Shown: positions 26,501 to 38,775 of the stretch, one piece after another
How the letters are laid out: each line of letters opens with the position of its first letter
Position numbering within the stretch: the stretch's first letter is position 1
Assembly (NCBI RefSeq): GCF_048593235.1
Contig: NC_133620.1
Span: 444,755,261-444,819,260 of the forward strand
Direction: 5' to 3'
Length of the DNA stretch: 64,000 nucleotides
Source: Sminthopsis crassicaudata
Taxonomy: Eukaryota
Program-made: the position numbers and the translations under genes
The notes under the pieces: model-generated
The model's database searches: none
What the model was told of the DNA's origin: nothing
Seen by the model: the letters and a program-made list of their open reading frames with translations, nothing else

Positions 26501-27525
26501 CATTGACAAATAAAATGTAATTATTAAAGGAGATCAAAAATGTACAGGTACCTCTTTGGGCTTCCTTCACTTGGGTTTTTACCCCCGGGGCTGTTTTGTG
26601 ACCCACTCAACTTTTAGGAGAACAGGATTGATTCCCTCTTATTTCCTGTGGGGACCATTCCAAAGTAGCCTGGTAGATAGAAATTATGCTATTATTAAAA
26701 TGTAGAGCAGTGTTGGAATTTAGCCTTGCATATTTTACAGCTGTATAAAACAGCTGTGTGTTTCCTTGTGGAAAAATCAATTAATATTTTATAATCTCAC
26801 TTTCCTCTTCCATTAAATGGAAAAAATATAGTCTTTTTCCCTATTTCACATGGTTGTTGAGAGACCATTTAGTTTTTTGGAGACTTTGCCCCTTTGAATA
26901 AAAGTTCTGGAATTCAGGATCAAGGATTTGGAGCTGCAAGTACATTAGAGGGCAGGAAGTCTACTATGAACTCATTTTCCTTCCCAATTCCTTTCAAATC
27001 TCCCTTGAGACTTCATCTCCTCAAAAGCCTCATGTTGCAGACAGTACAGGGAGAATGGTAACACTACCCACTTATCATCACCAATAACTAATAAAAATTA
27101 GCAATGAATGGTATACAACCTTTGGCTCAATAGAGCACTTTATGAGTATTAAGGATGTTCTGCTACCTGTTATCTCATATCAAACTTAGAGATCTATTGG
27201 CTTAAATTATTTTAAGTAATAATCTTGAAGATTAAATCTTGAAGGAATTGACCAAGATCACACACTTAATACTTAACAAAGGCCAATTGGAAACTCCAAG
27301 GAAAATGGGATGCATTTCAGGAACATAGATATGGAATAGTTTGTAGAATACTGGTCATGGAATCAGACAGACTTATCTTCCCAAGCTCAATTTTGGCCTC
27401 AGACACTTTCTAGCTATATGGCCTTGGGCAAGTGGCCAATCTGGTTTGTCTTAGTCTCCTTATCTGTCCAGTACACATGAGAAGAAAATGGCAAACGACT
27501 TCAGTATCTCTGCCAAGAAAATTCC

Positions 27526-28542
27526 TTTTTTTTTTTTTTTTAATTTTTTATTTTATTTTTATAATTATAACATTTTTTGACAGTACATATGCATGGGTAA
27601 TTTTTTACAACATTATCCCTTGCACTTACTTCTATTCAGATTTTTTCCCTTCCTCCCCCAACCCCCTCCCCCAGATGGCAAGCAGTCTTATATATGTTAA
27701 ATATAATACAGTATATTCTAGAAACAATATATGTGTGTAGAACCGAATTTTTTGTTGCACAGGAAGAATTGGATTCAGAAGGTAAAAATAACAGTTTACA
27801 CTCGTTTCCCAGTGTTCCTTTTCTGGATGTAGCTGATTCTGTCCATCATTAATCAATTGGAATTGGATTAGCTCTTCTCTATGTTGAAGAAATCCACTTC
27901 CATCAGAATACATCCTCATACAGTATCATTGTTGAAGTGTATAATGATCTCCTAGTTCTGCTCGTTTCACTCAGCATCAGTTGATGTAAGTCTCTCCAAG
28001 CCTCTCTGTATTCCTCCTGTTGGTCATTTCTTACAGAACAATAATATTCCATAACATTCATATACCATAGTTTACCCAACCATTCTCCAATTGATGGACA
28101 TCCATTCATCTTCCAGCTTCTAGCCACTATGAAAAGGGCTGCCACAAACATTTTGGCACATACAGGTCCCTTTCCCTTCTTTAGCATTTCTTTGGGATAT
28201 AAGCCCAGTAGTAGTACTGCTGGTTCAAAGGGTTTGCACATTTTGATAACTTTTTGGGCATAATTCCAGATTGCTCTCCAGAATGGTTGGATTCTTTCAC
28301 AACTCCACCAACAATGCATCAGTGTCCCAGTTTTCCCACATCCCCTCCAACATTCATCATTATTTGTTCCTGTCACCTTAGCCAATCTGACAGGTGTGTA
28401 ATGATACCTCAGAGTTGTCTTAATTTGCATTTCTCTGATCAATAGTGATTTGGAACACTCTTTCATATGAGTGGAAATAGTTTTAATTTCATCATCTGAA
28501 AATTGTCTGTTCATATCCTTTGACCATTTATCAATTGGAGAA
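27526..28542 (-). mobile_element. Young 5'-truncated L1 (ORF2 C-terminus, 3'UTR, poly(A))
   Basis: Uninterrupted ORF2 C-terminal frame (...CWRGCGKTGTLMHCWWSC...YEDVF*, stop at 27903); 17-bp TSD tctgccaagaaaattcc at 27509-27525 and 28543-28559; inserted inside a MAR1-like SINE. Confidence 0.95.
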
Positions 28543-29624
28543 TCTGCCAAGAAAATTCCAAAGGAGTTCACAAAGAGTTAGATATAAATGAAATGACAAA
28601 ACAGTCATCAACTCAAAAAAATTCCCACTATCACATTCTTTGGGATGTCACCTAGCTTCTGTTTACAAACCTACATAGGAGAGGGATCTCACAACAGCTT
28701 AACACAATCCATTTCACTATGAATAGCTATCAGTCTTAAGAAGTGTTTCCTAAAGTTGTACTCAATTTAGATTCTAACAAATCCCACTTTTTGCCCTTTG
28801 TTTCTATTTTTCATCCCTAGAGAGCACTCATGTCAACTTTTCCAGTACTTGAAAACTTCCCATACCTGAAAACAGAAATCATGATTTTTCTTTTTTCCCC
28901 CTGACTAACCCTAGTTCCTTCTTATCATCCTTTTGATTCTAGGCACCTGACATCCTTGATTGCTTCCTATAGACAATGTCCAGCTATCTAATGTTCCTCT
29001 GAAACTGTGGTTACCAAAACAGACCACAAGACTCCCTGAGTGGTCTCATGAGATCAGAGCAATGGGCATATTGCCTCTCTGTTCCTGAAAGTTTACTTCA
29101 CGGTAGGGATCAGTCTGGGATTTGGGGAGTCAACCTGCTGACTCAAAGTAAGATGGCAGTACATTCAACTCCCAGAGCTATTACAGAACTCTGGTTGTCC
29201 AATGATGCTACATCAGTCTTATATGACAAGAGCAGAACCTCTTCCCCTGAACTCCTCATCCCCAATGGACACTTAAATCACAGCAAAAAGATATGGTTTT
29301 GAAAACTTTTATTTTGAAATCTTCATATTAGAAATGTTAGTGGAATGAAGGAGGGGATCCAAAAGTCTCTCAGGAAGAGAAGCCAGGATAATAATAGAGG
29401 GTCTCATGGAGACCAGTTGTCTTCCAGAAATGGAACAATAGTACTAATAAATACACAAAGTCACCACCATATAAATTAAATAAGTCTCATAGAGAAGAAT
29501 GAATTATCATAGGGCAGATATTAACTCTGGAAGGCTGAACTATGGAGAGAATGCATCTGACTGGGGAAATCCTCAGTTCAGTCTATTTCCCACAAAGATC
29601 CCTTGTTTCAGGCCTCTGAGCCCC

Positions 29625-30589
29625 TCAGTTCAGCTCTATTTCTTCCACGTAGCTCTGCACCCAGGCATCAGAGGGATTGGCGCACACCTGCCGGCCCCTT
29701 TTGGTCAGGAACCTGGAGAGAAAGGGAAGGAGACATTAGAGACCATGGAAGAAGAGGGGTTTCTTTCTGTTCCCTCCAGGTCCAGCACTGATCGCTTCCT
29801 GCACTTCTCTATAGGGACAGAATAGACAATCCTCATCTCTAGCAATATGTCTCAGACCCTTCTAATTCAATCCCATTCTCTCGGGAGGCTTGTCCAATGG
29901 GAAGTCTCTCAGGAAGCCCCTTATTGAAATAAAATTCCTGTTTCATCAGCTGATGCCTTCCCTTTGGGTAGTAGACAGTCCAACCTTGGTCAGAGACAAC
30001 CTGGGGAACTTCTTTTCCTTGTCACCAGGTTTCATCTGGGTCACCTGATTCATTTCTTTGACCAAGTAGCCCAATGGTCCCATTTCTTCTTTCCACCCTC
30101 TCCCTGTATCCCCTTGACATTTCAGTAGATGATACTCACACCACAGCTGGCTGGGAACACAGGCTGCTGGTCTCATAATAGTCTATTACAAATTTTCTCT
30201 GGATCTGTTGGCTGACATAGGAGAAGCAGCAGGAGGTGGGAGGGTCAGAGCCCACTGGAAAGAGAAAAAGGGAGGCAGGAGATTAGTGAGATCACATGTT
30301 CACACCTTCCCTTCCTTAGCTGCTGATTCCATCCCAGCTACACTCCCTGTATTGAGCACACTGGGTACTCTCTTGTCTCCCTTACTCCACTTCCCTCCAG
30401 TACCAGGAGACTTTTCCTTCTCAAGTTAGGATGATCCCTGTGGTTAGAGCAAGGATCTATCCAGCCCATGACCTCAGTTTGGGCACAGCCACAGAGTCAG
30501 GAGGAAGCTCACTTACTTGGTGCAGAAGATGCCAGAGAGCTGAAGGTCATGACCAGGAGGATGGAGAGGGCAGCCACAGAGACCTTCAT
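29625..30589 (-). CDS. CCL4: CCL4-like CC chemokine, copy 5, intact, short intron 1
   Basis: Exons 30589-30517, 30254-30140, 29712-29625. [91 protein letters not shown]. Confidence 0.95.
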
Positions 30590-30677
30590 GATCCTGAGAG
30601 GAGAGAGGAGCTGGTGGATCAGGGCACAGGCTGAGAGATTCTGGAGATCTGTGCTTCTGTCTCATGCTTGGACCCTC

Positions 30678-30920
30678 TTTTTATAGGGGCATCTGGGAGA
30701 TCCCAGAAAGAAAGAACAGAACAGAAATGGAAATTCCAGTGAAGTGATATCATGGTAGGAGATTGAAACTAAAACTGAGCCCAGGAAAGGCTGCTGTCAA
30801 GGCCTGAGGTTCTCACCCCAAGACAGCTTCACTGTGGGGGAAATAGGAGGGGGGATGAAGAGGGAAAATATCTGCCTGTGGTGGGTGGCAAGGGTGCTAA
30901 GGGGGAAGTGGTGAACTTGT
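30678..30920 (-). promoter_or_regulatory. Copy 5 proximal promoter
   Basis: TATA 30685-30678; TGGAATTTCC at 30738-30729. Confidence 0.7.
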
Positions 30921-33900
30921 GATAGCAGCAGAGACAGATGAAAGCTATGCAAAAACAAATAGGAGAGAGAGTTTTGTTGACCCAGAACATGAAAGAATAT
31001 TTAGTCTAATCTTCATGCTATTTTGGTATCATAACTGCCTAGATGTTACCATTGTAGTTTTAGGTACGTGAATAATTCTTGTTCAACACTCTTATGTTCC
31101 ACCAAAAATTAATTATAATAACAACAAAAACTCTTATTCCAGAGAGAAGTGACTTGTCCAAGATCGCACTAGTAGTTAGAAACAGATCCTGGATATATTT
31201 CCAGATCTGTTAACTCCACATCTTTGTACTGACAGAGAACATTAGTCCTTCAAGAGCACTCAAGGACAATTCTTGTAGAAATGGGAATCACGAGCCCGTC
31301 AATGAAATGAGGATTTCAACCCTTTATCTGCTTTGTTGTGTGATGCTTCTAATTTTTATCATTTTGGTAATGTAAAGATATAAATTTTGTATCACATACA
31401 AAAGATTATGACACTAATTATCTCATATTATAACCTTAAAAAGCAGGCAGATTTGGTCTTATGTCTCATCAATTTAGGAGACCTGACCTAGAGTGGATAG
31501 AGGTTTGAAGTCAAGAAGACCTGAGTTCTAGTCCCATGAGACTTAGACTTAGAAGCTGTGTGGTCTTTCACCTCACAGCATTCTAATCATATTATTTGTA
31601 GACTAGTTGCTCTATAATTATCCATTTTTGCTGGATGGCTTCTTAAAACTTTAATAACCAGGAAGTGAAATATTCAGGACTCAACCTTAGGACTTCTGAC
31701 TTCAGGCAGGGTTTGAGAAAATTAAACAGTATACTGCCATGGGAGAAGAGGCAATATGAAAGTGAATTTCTGGGGAGGGGGGTACATATGAAACAATGAC
31801 TAGAATTATGGGGCAGTTTTAAGTACATAACAATCATAGATATCAGTAGATGCATTTTATCCACTAAAAATAGAATTCATGTTAAAGAAGAAAACACAAG
31901 GTATGAGTGGAAGATGGAGATGTGAATATACTGGTACTTTTTAATGTGTTCAGAAGTGGTCGGGTGGGACAGGCAGCTCCTTCCATTGTCCTGAAATGTG
32001 TTTAAAATGAAACTTTCCTATCCTGAATTGGAGTCAGCAGATCTGGACTTGCCTCTCACTATTGGAATCACCAAAAGGAATAAATCCACTTTATCTGGGT
32101 TCCAATGTTTTTTTTTCCTTGCAAAAGGAGGATGTTGCCCAAGACAATGGTCCTTCAAGGCCCAATTTTATACTCCTAAGACCCAGGCAGCTGTGATATC
32201 CAAGATGTATGAAGATCATGCTGCTTACTCATTCAAATCAAAAGCCACCCTCACACTCCTTCCTAACTGGTTTGGCACTTGCTTCATCACTCTCTGCTGC
32301 CATCTCTAGTTTGTTACTTCCCCCTTGTCCCACCACCACACACGCAATTCTCCTCTCTCTTTCCACTCCACTCTATCTCCCATGAGGAAACTCCATGAGG
32401 AGCCAAACCTCAGCCTTGCACAGCCTTACATTTCCTGGGCTCCTTTTTCCATTTCCAACTTCCACCATGACACGTGCCGTTTCTTGTAGTGTATGACGGA
32501 ACATATTGGTCTAAACTCAATTTCTCTCTTACTGTTTTCCAGACCCAACTGCCTGATTTCTTTGGGTTTGCTAAACACCCTGCATCCATCTTCACTTGCT
32601 TCTATTTCTGAATGAAGGATCCAGAATCTGGAGAAGAACTTGCAAATGACTGAAATATTTTCAATGAGAACAAATTCAAATGCCTCTCTCCCCGTAATAA
32701 GCAATCATTCCAGCAGAAGGCTGAAGATGAAATCTATTTCCCCCTTTTGCTGAGGTGATAGACAAGAAATACCACATGAGACAGACCTTTTAACCTATGA
32801 TCATCACTTTTCTTTGATTAAACAGTTTCTTATGTAGAAAGACTCCTTTGAAGCAACAGACAACAATGCAAAACTAAGAGAAAGGAATGAGCAATAATGA
32901 AAATTGAGAGGAGAAAAAGAAATCTAAAAGGAGAGACAAACCAGAAAGGGAGATGATTTACTATTGTGATAAACTCAACGTATTCCTAAAAACACCAAAG
33001 TATATTGAGAAGATCACAGATTCATACACCCTCCTCTTTTCTGTTCTTCCTATGTTGAAATATTTACATTTGTTGATATTTTAATATTAAGAATAAAAAT
33101 TAATTAATTTACATTTGAGATTCAAGTAAATTTGAGAGACACTCTGACAAAAGTCTGCATATCACTTTCTTCTGGTAAATGGTTGGATTTACAGAACCCA
33201 GTCTTGGCTTGTTAGGTTTGGACTGTGGCTATTCTCTGGGCTCAGGGTTTCCTCTTCGTCCCTGTGCTGAGAATCATGAGTAACTTCCCCTCTTTCTTCC
33301 TCAGTAACCTACTATCTAAACTACCTAAACTGAGGGACACAGAGAGATCCAAGGGAATATAGAGATCCAATACGGGAATGCTACAGGAGTAAGTCCGCAA
33401 AAGACAGAGAATCACAAGTTCAGTGCGACAGTAAACTAATAGAAACATCTTTTTTAGATATTCATTTGAACACTGGAACTTTGAGAGATGAAAGAAAGAG
33501 AGAGGAGAAGAGTGTCTCACTACACACTCCTGAACCAAGCAAAAAGAGAGAAGAGGAATCCATTCTGAGCTTTAGAATTCCCCCTTGTCTACAGATAGAA
33601 AGAGGATTTCTTTTTCTTTGAATTTTAGAAGAAATAAGGCTCTCACTGACATGCAATTGAGTTCAGATTTTGTGAGTACCCTGTCCTTTGAGCAGAAATG
33701 GTTTGGTGAAATGACTAGAAAACTGAACTTTTAATTCTAGAGACCAGGAGGTTGAGGCCAAAATCCTGTCCCAGATACTATTTAGCCTTCAAGGTGACCC
33801 TGCCATGTGAGCCAATCATGTTCAGCCTATAGACACTGACCCTTCACTTTTCTAATCCTTTACATTCCCAAAATTATGCTGAACTTTTTTCCCCTTCATA

Positions 33901-34759
33901 TTAAAACTTTGTTTCGAACTATGAGTGTGAGAGACATTTAGAAATTCATAGTGTAAATATCCATTGACAGAAAAAAAAAGAATTATAAAAGGAGATCAAG
34001 AAAAGTACAGACAACTTTTGGGACTTCCCTCACTTGGTTTTTCTCCTGAGGCCATTTTGAGACTCCCTCAATTTTTAGGAATAGAACAAGATTGATTCCT
34101 TCTTATTCCCTATGGGACCATTCCAAACTAGCCTGGTAGAGTAGAAATTATGCTACTATTTAAAGGGTAGAGCAGTGTTGGAACTCAGTCTTGAATATTT
34201 CCTAGCTGTATGATCGTGAAAAAATCAATGAATATTTCAGAGCCTCTGTTTCCTCTTCTTTTAAATGGGAATAAATATATTCCTTCTCCCTATTTCACAT
34301 AGGTTGTTGAGAAAGGATTCAGTTTTCTGGAGACCTTGAATGTCCCTTAGAAAGAAAGTTCTGGACTGTAGGATCAAGATTTTGAAGCTGAAATAATATT
34401 AGAGGGCAGGAAGTTTACTATGTTCTCATTTTCTCTTCCAATTCCTTTCAAATTTCCCTTGAGATTTAATCTCTCTGCAACCTTGTATTGCAGACAGTGC
34501 AGGGAGAATGGTAACACTGTCCACCTATCACCACCTCTAATAAAAAACAGCAAAGAATAATATACAACCTTTGGCTCAATAAAGCATTTTATCAGTCTTA
34601 AAGCATGTTCTGCTGCCCCTGTTATCTCATGACAGACTCAGAGAAGTCTTAAGGGATATCCAGGAGAGAAAGTCCCAAGATCACACAGTTAATATCTAAC
34701 AAAAGCCCTTGGAAATGCCAAGGAAAACTAGATGCATTTCAGAAACATAAATATATGGA

Positions 34760-35000
34760 ATAGTGCAAGGAATGTTGGATGTGAGATCAGGCAAATTCAT
34801 CTTCCTAAGTTCAAATTTGACCTCAGACATTCTAGTTGTGTGACCTTGGGCAAGTCACCTATTCTTGTTTTCCTCAGCCTCCTCATCTATCCCATGAGCT
34901 GGAGAAGAAAATGGCAAACTACTCCAGTACCTCTGCCATGAAAACACCAAAGGGGTTCACAAAGAGTTAGATATAACTGAAACGACTGAGCAACAATAAT
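34760..35000 (+). mobile_element. MAR1-like SINE
   Basis: Same body and tail as 20675-20915. Confidence 0.7.
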
Positions 35001-36079
35001 AAGACATAGTCATCTACTCAGAAAAGCAACTGAAAAAAATCCCCACAATTACATTCTTTGTGTATGGTCATCTAGCTTCTGTTTAAAGACTTGCATGGGA
35101 AAGAGATTTCACCAGAGCTTAGCAGAGTCCGTTTCACTATGGGTAGCTATCGGTCTTAGGAAGTTTTTCCTAATGTAAGACCCAATTTAGATGCTACCAA
35201 ATCCTACCCCTCAACTTTGTTTCTACCCTTGATCCCTAGAGAGCACTCATCTCAACTTTTCTAATACTTAAAAACTTCCCATATTTGAAAGCAGAAATCA
35301 TGGCTCTTCTCTTTTCCTCTCTGAGTATTCCTAGTTTCTTCAAATCATTCTCTTCTGATTCTAGGCACTTGATGTCCTTGGTTGCCTTCCTCTGGACAAT
35401 GTCTAGCTAACCAATATTCTTCCGAAACTGTGGGTACCAAAAGAGATCATAAGACTCCCTGGGTGGTCTTATCAGATCAGACAATGGGCATATTGCCTCT
35501 CTATTCCTGGAAGCATGCTTCCAACGGATCAGTCTGGGATTTGGGGAGTCAACCTGCTGACTCAAACTACACGACAGTACATTCAACATCAATTCATTAG
35601 TTCAACAGAACTAGTGCAGAACTTTGGTTGTCCAATAATGCTACGCCAATCTTACATGATAAGAATAGAACCCCTTTTCCTGAATCCCTTATCCCCAAAG
35701 AACATTGAATCCACAGCAAAAAATAAAGCTTTAGAACGTTTTATTCTCAAATTTTTGTCCAACAGATGTTCATGGAATCAAGCAAATGACCTAAGATTTC
35801 TAATTAATAGCAGCTAAGCTGCCAAGAGAGGTCCCCATGGGGGACAGTATGTTCCAGAAATGGAATAATAGTACTAACAATATATTAATAATAAAATGCT
35901 TGGTGGCAAAAATGCCATCAAATAGTATAAATTAAGTCTCATGGAGAAGAATGAATTATAATGAGGGAGAGCATCTCAAAAATACTGGACTTTGGGGAGA
36001 ATGCATCTGACTGGGGAATTCCTCAGCTCGGTCCATTTCCCACAAAGATCCCTTGTTTCAGGCCTCTGAGCCCCTCAGT

Positions 36080-37379
36080 TCAGCTCCAGGTCTTCACGTA
36101 GCTCTGCACCCAGGCATCTGTGGGATTGGCGCACACCTGCCGGCCCCTTTTGGTCAGGAACCTGGAGAGAAAGAGAAGGAGACATTAGAGATCGTGGAAG
36201 AAGAGGGGTTTCTTTCTGTTCCCTCCATGTCCAGCACTGACCGCTTCCTGCACATCTTTGCAGGGACAGAAGGGACAATCCTCATCTCTAGCAATATCTC
36301 TCAGACCCTTCCGAGTCAATCCCATTCTCTCTAGAGGCTTGTCCAAGGGAAGCCCCTCGTTGAAATAAAATTCCTGTAGCATCAGTTGATACTTCCCTTT
36401 GGAGAATTAGCTCCATAGATAGCCTAACCTTGGTCAGAGACAACCTGGGGAACTTCTTTTCCTTGTCACCAGGTTTCTCCTGGGTCACCTGATTCATCTC
36501 TTTGACCAAGGAGCCCAATGGTCCCATTTCTTCTTGCCACCCTCTCCCTGTATCCCCTTGGGATTTCAGTAGATAGATACTCACACCACAGCTGGCTGGG
36601 AACACAGGCTGCTCGTCTCATAATAGTCTGTCACAATTTTTCTTTGGATCTGTTGGATGACATAGGAGAAGCAGCAGGAGGTGGGAGTATTTAAGCTCAC
36701 TGGAAAGAGGAGAAGGGAGGCAGGAGATTAGTGAGATCACATGTTCACACCTTCCCTTCATTAGCTGCAGACTCCTTCCCAGAGACCCTCTCTGTACTAG
36801 GCCCACAGGGAATGCAGACTCTCATGTCTCCCTTATCCTGCTCCCCACCAGTACCAGGTGTGATTCTCACTGTACCTGAAGGAGAATCAGAAGAGCTATT
36901 CCCGTGCTCACTGTGTCTATTTTGGAAAAAAAAAATTAAGTAGTGTGGGAACTAGAGAGAATCTCATGGATCTATTCAAACAACTCCTGCCTTTGGCAAG
37001 AAAGCCACTTGTTAGAAATCATATGAGTAATTAGAGGCAGAATCAGAAGGAGAACTCAGCCAGACTCAGAACTCAACCTACTGCCCTTTTTGCTCCCCCC
37101 CCATCCTATTTCTATCTAAGATTTAACAAACAAATACTTTCAAGGGCATGTTAATACCTTCAAGTCCAAGGCATATCAATCCTACTTGATCTTACCCTTC
37201 CTTTTCAAGTCTCCTCCTTCTCTAGTTAGGATGATCCCTGTGGTTAGAGCAAGCATCTATCCAGCCCATGACCTCAGCCTGGGCACAGAGCAGGAGGAAG
37301 CTCACTTACTTGGTGCAGAGGATGCCAGACAGCTGAAGGCCACGATGAGGATGGAGAGGGCAGCCACAGAGACCTTCAT
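36080..37379 (-). CDS. CCL4: CCL4-like CC chemokine, copy 6; altered N-terminus and 1-nt deletion near the C-terminus
   Basis: Exons 37379-37310, 36699-36585, 36161-36080. [88 protein letters not shown]. The ancestral stop at 36075-36077 is out of frame. Confidence 0.85.
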
Positions 37380-37439
37380 GATCCCCAGAGAACAGGGGAG
37401 CTGAAAGAGCAGAGTACAAGCTGAGAGACTCTGGGTCTC

Positions 37440-37690
37440 TTTTTATAGTAGTTTCTGGGCAAACCCAGAGAGTAAGAAGGAACAGGAGTGGTAATTCCAG
37501 TGGCAATCTGATGTCATTTTTGGAGAAAGAAATCAAAACTTAGCCCAGGAAATATAAAGCTGCTGCCAGGGAATAAACTTCTGTTCCCCAGTTTCATCAT
37601 GAGGGAAAGGGGAGGGAGGATCGAGAGAGGAAAAATGAGTATGTGGTAAAGTGGTATGTGTGCTAAGGGGGAAGTGGTGAACTTGAATTA
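37440..37690 (-). promoter_or_regulatory. Copy 6 proximal promoter (divergent type)
   Basis: TATA 37447-37440; kB variant TGGAATTACC at 37499-37490; TGACATCA retained; GGGGAAGT retained at ~37668-37675. Confidence 0.65.
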
Positions 37691-38694
37691 GTAACAAAAA
37701 GATGACACATATGCAAAACTAAACTGGAAGGAGAGTTCCGTCGACTACCATTGACCCTAAGAAGGAATATTCAACATGGCCTTCAAACTGCTTTGATATC
37801 ATAACTGCTGAGTTCTTAGCATTACAGATTTAGAACTAGAAGGGTCTTTAATGGTCTAGTCCAATACTCTCAGAATCTAGAGAAAGAACTGTGGCCCAGA
37901 AGGAAGTAACTTATCCAAGATCACACTGGTAGTCAGAAAAAAAATCTGATATATTGTTTCCACATCTGTTAACTTCATACTCACTTTATATAAGAGCATG
38001 TCCATTTATACACATATACATATATACACAGATACATGTGTATATTCATGCTTATGTGGAGAATGGTCCATACCAAGGACACCTCCATGGTTCTTTAAAG
38101 GCACTCAGGATAATTTTTGCACAAATGGTACCTATAAAAGACCACTGGTCTTAGTCTATCCCTACATTTTTTTCTTATGTGATGATTTTAACTACTTACA
38201 TTTGTATAACACTTTAAAGACCCAAAAGATTTTGATACTAATTATTTTAAATCAGCTTCACAAGAACTCTATGAAACAGGCAGGCTTGTATTCTTATATC
38301 TTGCTTATTTATGAGACTGCTTCTAGGAGTAGATAGACTTCTAGGCTTGAAGTCAGGAAGATCTGGGTATAAGTTCCATTTTTGAAAATTATTAGCTGTG
38401 AGATCTGTAACCTCATACCAGCTTTTGTTAAATGCCATGTCCAAATTTTGACAACCAGAAAGTGGAAAAGGATTCAGCCTTTGACCTTCGGAGTTCAAGC
38501 AGGATTTGACAGAATTCTGGGGCACAACCCCATGAGACCCTCTGAGGAGGAGTGCAGGTTAGAATTGTGAAACACTTGTTAGTACACAACTTGTTCATGC
38601 TTTTTCGTCCAATGGAAATGAATTTCATATTAAAGAAGATAAAACAATATGTGGAGGGAAGATGGAGATGGGGGTGAAAGTAATGTTTCTATAT

Positions 38695-38775
38695 TAAGTT
38701 ATAATATATAATATAATATGTTATAATAGAATATAATGTTATAATATATAATATTATAATATAATATAGATATTA
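38695..38775. repeat. AT-only low-complexity tract
   Basis: Repeated tataatat-type units. Confidence 0.85.

Noticed and set aside
27903-28571. 222-aa ORF as a host gene
   Set aside because: It is the L1 ORF2 C-terminus; its apparent start (MNSFGIFLA) comes from the flank and TSD.
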